A stretch of 63,491 nucleotides of DNA, the filler included, from Licmophora abbreviata (lineage: Eukaryota): NCBI GenBank assembly GCA_900291995.1. It is 8 parts of 8 records of this genome, joined end to end, with 100 filler letters (N's around TTAATTAATTAA, not from the genome) between each part and the next. Parts side by side here need not be neighbours in the genome. Positions count along the whole stretch, not along the records: positions 36,125 to 41,821 come from OLMU01001427.1; positions 41,922 to 51,066 come from OLMU01001428.1; 6 more parts are not named here. The stretch is one strand, 5' to 3'. Shown here piece after piece: positions 36,193 through 47,500 of the stretch (positions within the stretch are counted from its first letter, which is position 1; the number at the start of each line of letters is the position of its first letter). Under the pieces are notes generated by a model. That model saw only the letters and a list, made by a program, of their open reading frames with translations, made no database searches and was not told the DNA's origin. Position numbers and translations under genes: made by a program.

Positions 36193-36792
36193 CTAGTCCC
36201 TGGGACTTTTGACGCCGTTATCTTCCGCACGCTGCTCAATGAAAGGAAGAAATTTCCCATTGAAGGTGATCACCACACGCTTCTCTCCGTGCGTTCCCAC
36301 GGTCGTTCCGACATCGCAGTAAAAGTCAATAGCACTCATGATTCCATCGCCACACTGCTCATTGATGATTCGTTTCATGGCATCTCCATAGTGCAATACA
36401 GCCTCGTGGGTTCGATACACGTGTGGCTCTTTGATTAGATCGTCGTCAAAGGACCGCACAGGGAAGTGTTCCTGCATGGCTTTCAAATCTTGGTCGTCCA
36501 CTGCAGGCAAGGCCTCTTTGAGTTTCTGAGCAGTTTTCGGCGTCAGCTTGGCTTGTCCAAGAAGTAGTTGGGCGGCATATGTGTTGGTGACACCCAGTTT
36601 CGTAGCAAGTTCGTCATAGGACAGATGCGACTCTGCTTTGAGGGCCATGACACGCTCGACCCGTTCGGCGACTTTCTGTTGTTCTAGGGTGGAATACGAA
36701 GTTGAAATTTGACGAGTGATGGTTTGGCAAGGAAAAAGGCGAGACATGTGCTGCCGTGATCGCGAAGGGAGGGGGGCAAGGCGAAAAATCAT
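36193..36792 (-). CDS. cynS: Cyanate hydratase (cyanase) with an N-terminal targeting-like extension
   Basis: EPHVYR.HEAV..YG..K.IINEQCGDGIMSAIDF..RVVITFNGKFLPF is the cyanase signature. Confidence 0.95.
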   Translation of the reverse strand: MIFRLAPLPSRSRQHMSRLFPCQTITRQISTSYSTLEQQKVAERVERVMALKAESHLSYDELATKLGVTNTYAAQLLLGQAKLTPKTAQKLKEALPAVDDQDLKAMQEHFPVRSFDDDLIKEPHVYRTHEAVLHYGDAMKRIINEQCGDGIMSAIDFYCDVGTTVGTHGEKRVVITFNGKFLPFIEQRAEDNGVKSPRD

Positions 36793-37191
36793 GGTGAACC
36801 AACTAAAGTGTCGATGATGGATGTGAGATGTGATGGATGTGAGATGTGATGTGCGTGTGTCGGCGGGAAAACTTTTGGTTTGGACAGCGCGCGAGCTCCG
36901 GTCTTGGACCTCTTGGATTGCCTTCAACGCAGCATTCAACATCAACATCCCATCGCCCGTATCACACTTTCTCTTTTCTGAAGAATTTCAGCTAACGGAA
37001 ACAGACGCTAAGTTGTTCACTCAGCTTCGGATTTGAACTTTCATCGTCACACAATCAAAAACTCACATCTCTTTTCATCTTGGTGAACTTGGTGACACTT
37101 GACTTCTCATTTGTCGTTACCGTATTTCGCTTTGCTATCACTGCCGCTTTCTTCTATTTGACAATCCTGACTGATAATCTTTGTTTCTGCC

Positions 37192-38786
37192 ATGGTACCC
37201 CCACCGTCTGAAGAAAGATCTGCTTCAGAACGAGATACGTTGCTTCCTCGGATTGTGGAGTATACTCATCAGTACGGCGACGAAGATCCGACTCGTCCAT
37301 CCATCATGGCCGATCGCCCGCGACGACTCGCCTACGTGGCTCTCCTCACGTTCTTTCTCTGCTTTCTCATCTTGATCACTACGGTCATCATGAGGCCGCA
37401 TTCATCGTCGGAGGATTACTATGGAGGTCTTGATGTGGATCAGCTGAATGGTCGAAGTGCTAAAACAGGAACGAAAAAGAAGCATGGCAAGAAAAAGAAC
37501 AAAGCAGCAGCTGTTGACATTTGCAATGATGGAGGCTACTCGAAACGCACACTGCAGAGAGCCTATGAGCTTCCGTTTGCGGCCTTGTTTCGGGACAGTC
37601 GTGGACAGACCAAGTACGAGGCGTCCAGTGTGATTGCCGTGGGCAGCGATGTGTATGCAGTCTGTGATAGCTCCTGGGCCATTTCCAAGTTTGGAGACGA
37701 ACTCGTTCCGTTTTCTCCCAGTAATGTGCAGATTGGAGATCCGCAACGTGAAGAAGAGGTAAGGGGGGAGAAAGTCGCCTCGAAAGGAGTCACCCGGGTC
37801 CGAACTTTTTCATTCCCGGTTTCAAGCTCTCGTGTTTCCTTCAATTCTCTTACCGCTCTTGCCCGCCATATCGTTTCGTAGGACTCTGGGTATGAAGCTC
37901 TTTTCTACGACGATGGAACATTCTATATTGTCCGAGAGTCGGTAAACCTGGCCGATGGCAAAGAAGAGTCCTACCATGCTATTATCGAGGAGCTCGACAT
38001 GGGCGAAACAGACTACGACGTGGTTGATGCTTGTCCGTCAGAATTCGAGTTCGAAGGCGACAGGTGTGTGATTTCCTTAATATTTTCATCTATTGAATCG
38101 CTCCGTACCCTACTCACTTTATTCTCGGTTGAACTTTTCCCATGGTGACGCTGCAGCAAGGGCTTTGAGGGCGCGATGGCAGTCCACGATGCCGATGGCG
38201 CACTCATCGTCCTTGGTCTATGCGAAGGCAACTATTGTTCCGAGAGCCGCAAGAACGAGGTGGGAAATGGCCGGCTTGTAGCCATGAAGAAGGTCGTTGG
38301 CGCAGACGGGTCTTGCTCCTGGGCAACGATTCGTAAAATCAAGATTCCGGCATCGGCCACCTTTCGAGACTACTCGGCCATTAGTATGGATGAGAACGGC
38401 CGCGTGGCAGTCTCGTCGCAAGAGGAAAGCCAGCTTTGGGTCGGCCAGATGCTGGGGCGGGGGATGGATGGGGCATGGGATATCAATGCGATGGAGTTCG
38501 ATGCGGACCAAGGCAAGCTTTACGACTTTCCCAAGAATGATAGTTGCGAGACTGTGTACTGCAATATTGAGGGCATACACTGGATGAGTGATAACACGTT
38601 GCTTGCTGTGAGTGACAAGATGAAGGGCAAGGGCAAACAGGACTTTCGGTACGTACGCGAAATGATATGGTGGGTTCTTTTTAGGTACAACCTCTGCATA
38701 TCGCGCTGACAACAATGACTCGTTCTGTTGCTCCCTGCAGCTGCTTCGAGAAAGACCAAAGCGTTCACGTCTTTGTCATTCCGTAG
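37192..38786 (+). CDS. Type II membrane protein with a luminal, probably beta-propeller domain. Exons 37192-37758, 37882-38063, 38157-38648, 38741-38786
   Basis: One TM segment LAYVALLTFFLCFLILITTVIM. Repeated blade-like motifs YEASSV, DSGYEAL, KGFEGA, FRDYSAI, YCNIEGI. Three frame-consistent GT-AG introns give 428 aa. Confidence 0.75.
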
Positions 38787-39122
38787 CTTGAATGATCGAC
38801 ATGTGCCTCCTAGAATAAATTATAAACTGCTACTAGTTGTTAGAACTTGTGTTGTCGTCGTTACCGGTACTTGCGATAGGAACTGATAACTTGAACGCAA
38901 GCTTCATCTTGTGACTAAATCTGGGGGTGTTCGATCGGGGCGAACTCCTCTAGGGGTGGAAAAGACGCGCGCGGCGATGCGTGAGGCTCTGCACGGCGGC
39001 GACGACAGCGAGAGACCTGCTCGTTTGCACTTTTGCACAACCTGATGTTCCTCAATCGCAGTCTGACTCCGCACAATCTATCAAAAGACTACACGATCAA
39101 CAAGTTGACCAGTGAAGGCACC

Positions 39123-40037
39123 ATGATAACTGAAAGTAAAAGAATAAGAAGGAGTTTCCGGCTCGTCGCGGCGACACTCTCCATCACCCTCCTCCTCTCC
39201 ATCACAACGACCGCGGACGCAGCCCACTCGCGTCGGCGTCCCGTGGTGCGCCGTGTAACGGAACCACGCTACGATCGAAGCATAACGACCTTTTCGTCCG
39301 ATGGAAGATTGCAGCAAGTCGAGTATGGAATGGAAGCAGCGCGCCGGGGGGACACGGTGGCCGCTCTGGCGACGGAGCAGCTTGTCGCTGTTGCTACCGT
39401 GGCGTCGTCGCAGTATCAAAACAAGGTGCATCGGATCGATCATCACATCTTACTCGTCACCACTGGGTTGGTGGGAGATGGACGTGCGTTGGCGTCGGCC
39501 TTGCGTAGCTCATGTCAACAGTTCCGACTGTCCTACGGAGAGCCACCGACGGTGTCGGAAGTGGCCAAGATGGCAGCCAAGATGCAGCACGACTTGACGC
39601 GGACGGGAGGGGCGAGGCCGTTGGGGTGTAGTGGCATGGTGGTCGGAGCTGATCCTGTATCGGGGCGCCCACGGCTTTACCAGACAGAGCCAGGAGGGAT
39701 TGTGGAAGAATGTGAGTACTGTGCGGCTGGAAAGGGGCGCGACCTCGCGATGGAGTCTCTTGGCAAAGACTATGATGACCATCTGAGACATAATCATGAT
39801 GAAGCTGGAGAGAAGGAAAGTGATGACGCTACATGTGCTACTCGTGCAGTCGCATGCGCTGCGCTTGGAAAGGAGAGCATTCAGGACGACGACGAGGCCC
39901 GACAAGTAGTGGACGGATGGATAATTCGGGCAGCCGCGAATCGCCGGGGACGATTGTCCGTGACTTGCTATCGGAACCTTGATCGAGAGGCGCTTTCATC
40001 GCTGACTATTCTTACAGATAGAATACAGGCTAGCTAG
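39123..40037 (+). CDS. Divergent 20S proteasome alpha subunit with a signal peptide (periplastid-compartment type)
   Basis: YDRSITTFSSDGRLQQVEYG, GLVGDGR, T.TGGARPLGCS, PRLYQTEPGG. It is preceded by LVAATLSITLLLSITTTADA-A and a basic transit-like peptide. Confidence 0.88.
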   Translation: MITESKRIRRSFRLVAATLSITLLLSITTTADAAHSRRRPVVRRVTEPRYDRSITTFSSDGRLQQVEYGMEAARRGDTVAALATEQLVAVATVASSQYQNKVHRIDHHILLVTTGLVGDGRALASALRSSCQQFRLSYGEPPTVSEVAKMAAKMQHDLTRTGGARPLGCSGMVVGADPVSGRPRLYQTEPGGIVEECEYCAAGKGRDLAMESLGKDYDDHLRHNHDEAGEKESDDATCATRAVACAALGKESIQDDDEARQVVDGWIIRAAANRRGRLSVTCYRNLDREALSSLTILTDRIQAS

Positions 40038-40060
40038 GCTAGGCCATTTCACGGCGACAC

Positions 40061-42373
40061 TTAACATCGTTCAAAGACCTTGTACAAACTTGGAATGTTG
40101 GTCATCCTGGAGATAGTACCATCGTCAAGAAGTTCCTTGTTCGGAACAAGAAGATACGATATAGCTGGAAACAGAGTGTGCTTGACATCCGACGTTGTTT
40201 GTGAGTAGTAGATACCCAGCTCTCGACAGACACCCTTGAAACATGGTTTCTCCTCCGTCCAGTCGACTTCCGTCGCTAGTCGAAGGAGAAAGAACGGTAG
40301 GCCGGAAGGAGAAGGCTCATGGTCGTCCAACAAAACAGGGAGCGCCGTCAAGGCAATGTATTCATTCCCTTTCTTCAATTGAACTCCAAAATACTCTTCG
40401 AGCATATCTGCATGTTCCAACAAACACGTAGCTGCTTGATGCGCCAGGTCTTGATTAGTTTCGCTCACCTGGGTAACTCGGGGGTCTTCCTCCTCCAGAA
40501 GCTCTTCTAGTTCAAGCGCGTATGCCATGACGCGCGTAATGTCGATTGATTCCTGTAACGTGGCTAACGGCATTCCACCAAAGCGAGATAGTGCCAATTG
40601 ATAAAACAGCTCTTGTGCCATGGTCCTTACATTCCACATGTTCAGTTCGACACCGCACTGTACTAAGCAACGCTGCGATGATACCTGTCCGACAAAGATG
40701 GAATCTCGTATCTGCTTGGTCAGGGCGGGGCATTGGTGCTTTTGCACTTTGCGTCGCAGGGACAAAATGCTCTTGTAGGTGCAGTGCGTTGGAGTGACCT
40801 TGCGCGGACGGGCGATGCTGCGAATCACACGTACGATCGGACACGAGCACTGCGTTGTGGCAAAGGCGCCGGGAAGTGAAAGGTCCACACCGTCCTTGAG
40901 AGGGCAATCTGCGCGATGTTCCTGCTGCGATAGATGTTGTGGCTTCTTGCTGGAGGATACTAGGTACGGTTCCAATGCGCCGGCGGGAGCTGCTTTGGTG
41001 GTTCGAATCATCGCAGACGGGGGCGTGATCTTTGACTTTTTTGGTTTCGGTGCTGGCGTGGCTGAAGGAGCAGTCGTTGCGACATTACTAGCAGACGGAG
41101 TCTCGTTGATAGTCGCTTCGCGTTTCTTGGCGTATGGGTTGGTGGGTGGTTGGACGGAAGCGTTCGCAAATGTCTGTTCGGTCGAGGCGAGTACATGTCG
41201 GAGTTCGGTTGTCACTGCCGCAATGAGGTCATCCTGGTGCAATAGCGCCACTTGCTGCTTGGTTGGGTGGACATTGACATCCACCTGTGTCCCTGGTACA
41301 ATCAAAGAGAGGTATAGAACTGGTTTGTTCTTGGAGAATTGAGAACACACGTCTTCGACGGAGCGTTTCAATGGCGAGCATCCTACCAAGCGATGGTTGA
41401 CAAAGAGAACCAGCACGGTTTTCGAGGCTGCATGCGAAGGGTGTGATATAAGTCCAGTCGCGGAATACGTGAAAGCAGTTGGATCGTTGCCTTCGTCCGG
41501 TTTCTTTTCGCATTGAACATCGAGTAGATTGCGTTCCAGCTGGGATCCAAACACGTGCCCCATGACCCGTCGTGTAGCTGCAAACAAAGATGCCTCGCCC
41601 TCTCCACTGGGCGTATTTGCGGCATATGACGACACCACAGTAGTAGTGTTTAGATCCACCACCGTGGCACTTTTCTTCCCAGTCACTTTTCGACACACCA
41701 TACCCACTCCCCTCTGTGCCGCATGAATGGCATAGTGCTGTACAACGGTAAGTATTCTCGCGTACTCGTCGGACGCATTCATCTTGCGTCGGTGGGGAAG
41801 ATTGTAAAACAAGTCTTGCACNNNNNNNNNNNNNNNNNNNNNNNNNNNNNNNNNNNNNNNNNNNNTTAATTAATTAANNNNNNNNNNNNNNNNNNNNNNN
41901 NNNNNNNNNNNNNNNNNNNNNGTCGTACCCCGCGTCCGCGCTTGTGGACGAGGCGTTCCCACCGCAGCGCCGTTGGCATACTGCTGCGCATATCCCACAG
42001 CCGCGTCATTGGTGCGAGCGACAATCTGCAACCTCGCCACGAGACTGACACTCGCCAGGGCTTCTCCTCGGAAACCGAAGGACTGCAGAGTTTCGAAGCC
42101 TTCTAGTGTGCGTAATTTGGAAGTTGCAAAGCGTGTCGCGGCCATGTTCAGGTCCGCTTTGCCAATGCCGCAGCCATTGTCGGTGATTTGCAATTTCTGC
42201 AGACCCTCGACGTGAACGATAATGTTGGAGCTTTTGGCATCCAATGAATTCTCCAAAAGCTCTTTGATGACACTGCATGGCCTCTGCACCACTTCTCCGG
42301 CCGCAATCTTGTCCACAACCTCTTGAGGAAGAGGCACGATGCCCCGAGGAGAGGCGGTCGTCGTCTCCGCCAT
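40061..42373 (-). CDS. MLH1: DNA mismatch repair protein MLH1 (interrupted by a scaffold spacer)
   Basis: KIAAGEVVQRP..KELLENSLDA, DNGCGI, RFATSKL, FGFRGEALAS, QDLFYN, VDVNVHPTK, and the invariant C-terminus LYKVFERC. Confidence 0.96.
41822..41921. other. Artificial scaffold spacer inside MLH1
   Basis: N44-TTAATTAATTAA-N44. Confidence 0.97.
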
Positions 42374-42753
42374 GATGTGACGGTGCGCTCTGACGCTTTT
42401 TGTGTGAGAGTGTATCTCGTCCTGTTTTTTTAAGGAGCGACGCACGGACGGATATCCTAAGTTTGTCGCAGACTACCAGAGAGAGATAGAGCACGTACAT
42501 CTCAGTAGTGGATCTACGTGCAGGAGAACCCCACGATCGCCATTCTGCGAAACGCACCGTTCGTTTTCAACGCACACGCAACAAGCACCACACACACGCA
42601 CACACACACTCGCATTCACACTCGAGCATCCTCGCCATCATCGTCGACCCATCGGACTTGGACGATTGCTTCGACACAATCGATTGCTTAGAACCAAACA
42701 AGAGAAGCATTCAAACCATCCGTCATTGCTGTTGTCCTCCAACAAACAAGAAG

Positions 42754-43997
42754 ATGTCGATGAACGAAGAAGCCAAAGCGTTAATGAAGATTGCGACCCA
42801 GGACGAAGCTGGGACCGACGAGAAGGAGCAAGGCGACGAGGGCGCGGAAGCCGCAAGCAAGCCGACAAAGTCCAATGCCGCCAACATCTTTCTCAAGGAC
42901 GGACCTCCCATCATGGAACCTCTCCTCGATGATGTCCTCAATGGCCGTGGCGCCTTTGTCAATGCGCACAAGGGAAATCAAAAGTTCCGCTCCCTCTGCT
43001 TTGCCCGCAAGCCCGATTTCGATGCAGGCAACCATCCTGTCAAGCGTCGCGTTGCGGTCGAGATTGTCGACGAAATCAAAGGGAACGGCGGACGATTCTT
43101 GAAACGCAAGGAAGAGAAGGGACCGTGGTTCGAGCTCACGAGGGAAAAGGGCATCTTGAAGGCACAGCAAGTCATGCGGGACTTTCAGCGGCCGGATCGG
43201 ATCGAACGAAGGCAGAAGGCTGCGGCGAGGGAAGGAGGACACAAGCGACAGCGTGCAATGGAGAGCACCCCCGGTGCCTCGGAAGCGGTAAGTGAGGACT
43301 GCGACTAACGAAAGTGTTGTAGTTTCTCTGTTGTGGACGAAGTCGTTCGACAGGATGGACCGCTGTGCTCACTTTCTGGTCGCGCGTTTGTCTCAAATCT
43401 TCCCATCAACGCATTCCACACCATCATCAGGCCTCTCGCTTGACGCAGCCCGTTGATCCCATTTTTGAGAACCCCTTTGGAGTTCACGAGCACGACGTTC
43501 TCTCCGGCCGTGGAGCCTTTGTCAATGGACATGTTGGGAACAAGCGCTTTCGCGACCTTGCCGTCGAACGAAAGGCCCAGTTTGATGCCGGAAACTACTC
43601 GGAAAAGCGCCAGCTTGCAGCGGAGGCTGTTCACATTATTAAGAGCCTCACTCCTCCTGGTCGTTTCCTCAAGCAAGTCACTCGGGCCATGATGGAGAGC
43701 GACCATCCACCGACAATGACGCTCGTCGAGGGTCTTGTTGGCGATTGGATGGAACTCCCTGACGACAAGGCCATTCACAAGGCGTGTCAAGTGATGCGTG
43801 ACTTGGAACGTCCTGATCGCGTCATGGGACGACGCAAGAAGAGCAAGAAGGTCAAGGAGACGGATGGCATCGCCATGTTGGCGGAAACGACGACAAATGA
43901 AGCGTCGGCTGTCGAAGAGGCCATGGCAGCGACCGAAGAGGCTCTCGACAAGGTGTTGGAGTCCACGGGGGAGAAACCAAAGTCTGAGGAAGTTTAA
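42754..43997 (+). CDS. Protein with two tandem DUF6824-type domains. Exons 42754-43287, 43431 (or 43449)-43997
   Basis: Two copies of DVL.GRG..VN.H.GN..FR.L..K..GRFLK..W.EL..K..Q.MRD. Donor GTAAGT at 43288 with two in-frame acceptors. Confidence 0.8.
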
Positions 43998-44532
43998 GTG
44001 TGGCAGGAGAGGGGTCAAGCTCAAGCGGCCTTTGGTTCTATGTGTGTGAAACTATAGCTGGAGTACGACCAATTATCGGTAGACCAAGTTTCTTATGAAA
44101 CTCTCTAGTACTTACATTGAGCGTCGTTAGATCGGGCGTAGTAGGTGCGGTCGGTCTATCCGGGAGTACCTATGGCTGTGTACAGAGGGTCACTCTCTCC
44201 TCTCTACAGAAGCATAACTCCACGCCCTCTGTACCGGTATCTATAGTCCACCTCAGGATGCGCATTCAACATCAGCCGCCTGCCCGTCGGACAGGCAGTA
44301 TCATAACTTCGCTCCGCATCGTAGACTAATATGTCAGAATGACCGAGCGTTAAATCCAGTCTGTCTCTTGGTCATTCCGATCTGGCGCCACACAAAAAAG
44401 CCAAGGGCGTGCGTGTTTTGATGCTCCGCGCCATGATGGAGGATGGTCGGTGGCCCTAGACTGCTGCTGCTGCTGCTGCTGTGAATGTTGGGTGCTCCTG
44501 TAGAAGCTCAACGCTACGCCAGATCTGCCACC

Positions 44533-47500
44533 ATGTCTTCACGTGATCGATTGTCGAGTCCTTCTCCACCGACGCAGCAAGACAGTTTGGCCTTCCTGAG
44601 GGACCCTGACTTCCAATCGACTTCGAGCGCCGCGTCCATCGCGGCATCTACAACGTCCTCGTATCGACATCGTCAGGCCTCGTTCTCCATTCCCACGCCG
44701 ACGGTCCCCAAGCCTGTCCTCATGAACGATACGAACCATGAGCCAAAGACCAGAGGCGCGTTGGGAATTATGATTGTTGGGCTGGGAGGAGCCAACGGAA
44801 CGACCCTACTGGCTGGAGTTTTGGCCAATCGACAAAAGATGGATTGGAGGGGAGCTCGAGGAGAACCCATGTCGTCGAACTACTTTGGGTGTATTACTCA
44901 GCTGGAAGAAAGGGGAGGCGGCGTGGGGTACAAGAACAAAATCAATGGCCTGGCGGACGCCTCCATGGCCGCCGTCGGAGGATGGGACATTCGACCGGCC
45001 AAGCTGGGAGATGCTTTGTTGGATGCTCAGATTCTAGACTACGACCTGGTCCGACAGCTTCAAGGTGACATGAACAAAGTCAAAGTTTTTCGGGGGTTAT
45101 ACGACAAGCGATTCATCGGTGCGTCGCAACATGCAGGTGCCACTCACATTCTGTCGGCGCAGGAAGCGCCGACGGCCAGCGAAGCGCTCAAGTGTTTACG
45201 GGCTGACATTCGGTATTTCAAATGGGGAAACGGGGTTGTTGGTCACACGACAGTCATCTGGAGCGCGAGCGTAGAGCCGAATTGTGAACTCTTGTTGAAA
45301 TACAAGACAGCTATCGATCTTTTGAACGCTATTGAAATGACCGACGACGATCGAGGAGGACCGTTGCCACCGTCGTTGCTGTATGCGACAGCGGCATTAC
45401 TAGAGAGGTGCTCATTCGTGAACGGTGGCAGTCAGAATACTTTGTCTTGTCCGGGTCTGGTGGATCTGGCGGAGCAACAGCTCGGTGTCTACTGCCTCGG
45501 GACGGACTTCAAAGCAGGACAGACCAAGTTTAAGACTGCAGCGGTCGAGTACATTAGGACCATGGGTCTCACTCCGAAAGTGATTGCTTCCTCGAATCAT
45601 TTAGGAAACAATGATATGAAAAACTTGGCGTCTGCCCCTGCAACGAGCAAAGCCAAGCTACGAGTGAAGCACGACATTTTTGCACCGTGGGAAGAGGACA
45701 TTGATCACAAAGTGAGCATCATGTATACTCCAATAATCAATGACGAAAAGCGAGACTTTGTGGAATACACCAGTCTTGGTTTTCTTGGTCAGACGCATAC
45801 TATGGTGACCTACACACGTGCATCGGATTCCGTCTTGTGTGTCCCGCTGATGATCGATGCTGCAGTCTGGTGCGACCTTTTCGCGAATCGAAGTTGGTCG
45901 TACGACAAGGTGGCAAAGGCCCTCGCCTATCTCTTCAAGGTACCCGAAGGATCGGCGATGGGGGTAGACCCGGGTTTCTTTCGTCAAATGGAGGAGCTCA
46001 AGACCCAAGCGTATGCTGCAAGCGAGGCGAAGACTACTAAACGACAAGAGAGTGGTGCCAAGAAGCGAGTGCGGATTCGACCAGAGGAGAAAAGGACGGA
46101 GTGGGCTATCCCGAGCGACGCTAGGATCGTATGTGCAGGACTGGCATGCGTAGATATGCAACTTAACCAGGCCTCTGGTGGTGACGGTGGGGAGAGTATC
46201 GAGACCTTTGAAGGCGAGAAGAGCATTGGCGGAGGAAGGTGCGTTCCAATACCCGCGTTTGTAGAGAGTTCTCGAATATGAACAAACGACTCATTCGTGA
46301 TTGTTGCACATTGTTAATCTTAGTGTGTCCATGGCGTGCAAGACAGTCGCTCGGCTCTGCCATGGCGCCCTTCTCAACGATGGATTCATGCAGGTGACCC
46401 CGCCTGTGGTCCATTCAATTGTGCCACTCTGTAAGATTGGTCACGACGACGCCGGGAACAAGCTCGTTTCACTTCTTGAAGGCTGTGGCGCTGAGTTTCG
46501 CAACGTTGACACATCGTATATCAAGAAAGCTCGCGAGGAAGGCGACGACGCTAGGACAGCCCTATCAGTTCTTCCGATTTATCGCGATGGTCGGAGGGGC
46601 TGCTTCTTCGATGCGGCCTCAAACGCAACATTTTCCCCTGACGAGATGATTCGGATGATCCACGGTCTCACGTCAAGTTCAACAGCCCCGGACCTTGACA
46701 CAAGCCAGATGTCAATAGACGACATGCAAAGCTACCAAGAGCGAATGGACTCGAGAACTCCAGCATACGGGGCGTTCCTCTTCGGTTATCCTCACCTTCT
46801 CCCTCGGATGCAAGGCGAGAGTCTGGCAAGAATATTCGTCGAGGCGCGAAGCGTCATGATAGACGGGGGTATTGTGGCTCTCGACCTGAACGGAGTACCG
46901 GACGACGTCTTCACCCTGCAGTCAGGACTGCGGAACGTTTCTGATCTCAAGAACGATCGTGTCCTTGGACCCGCTCTTGAACATGTGGATATCTTGCATA
47001 TGAACGAAGACGAGCTGATGCTTCTAACTGGATGCGAGATAAGAGGAACCGAGAAATCGCGACTTGATGACGAATATGCTATTGAAAGCGCTGTCGACTT
47101 GTTCCTACAATGCGGAGTAGCAGTTGTGGCTGTCACTCGGGGAAGAAAAGGAAGTTTTGTGAGCTGCAACAGCGAGGTCCGATTCAACCGGAGCCCCATG
47201 CTGTAAGTGTAACAGGCTTACAGCCGCCCCCGCGCGTAAACTTCGTATACACTCTGACTGACTTGTCGTCCAATTTCCTCTCGTAGGCCGGCAGCATGGT
47301 TCGATTGCAACACCAAGCTTGGTTCAGCGGAACTTCCTCAAGGTACTTCCATCAACACGAATGGAGCTGGCGATTCGTTCACGGCAGGATTGCTGGTGGC
47401 GACGATGCTACGACATACAGGCATGACCGTCCCACTCCCGAAGGAAGAGTCGGAAGATGAAGGTGCAGCGCTTGATCTGAGCGGCAGTCATGGCGAACTC

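Noticed and set aside
36793..36948. Upstream extension of the cyanase ORF and a 16-bp tandem duplication at 36815-36846
   Set aside because: Low-complexity CA-rich 5' UTR-like sequence with no evidence of coding or function.
44337..44377. Hairpin gaatgaccgag/cttggtcattc upstream of the MIPS fusion
   Set aside because: A single 11-bp imperfect stem with no further support, compatible with chance.
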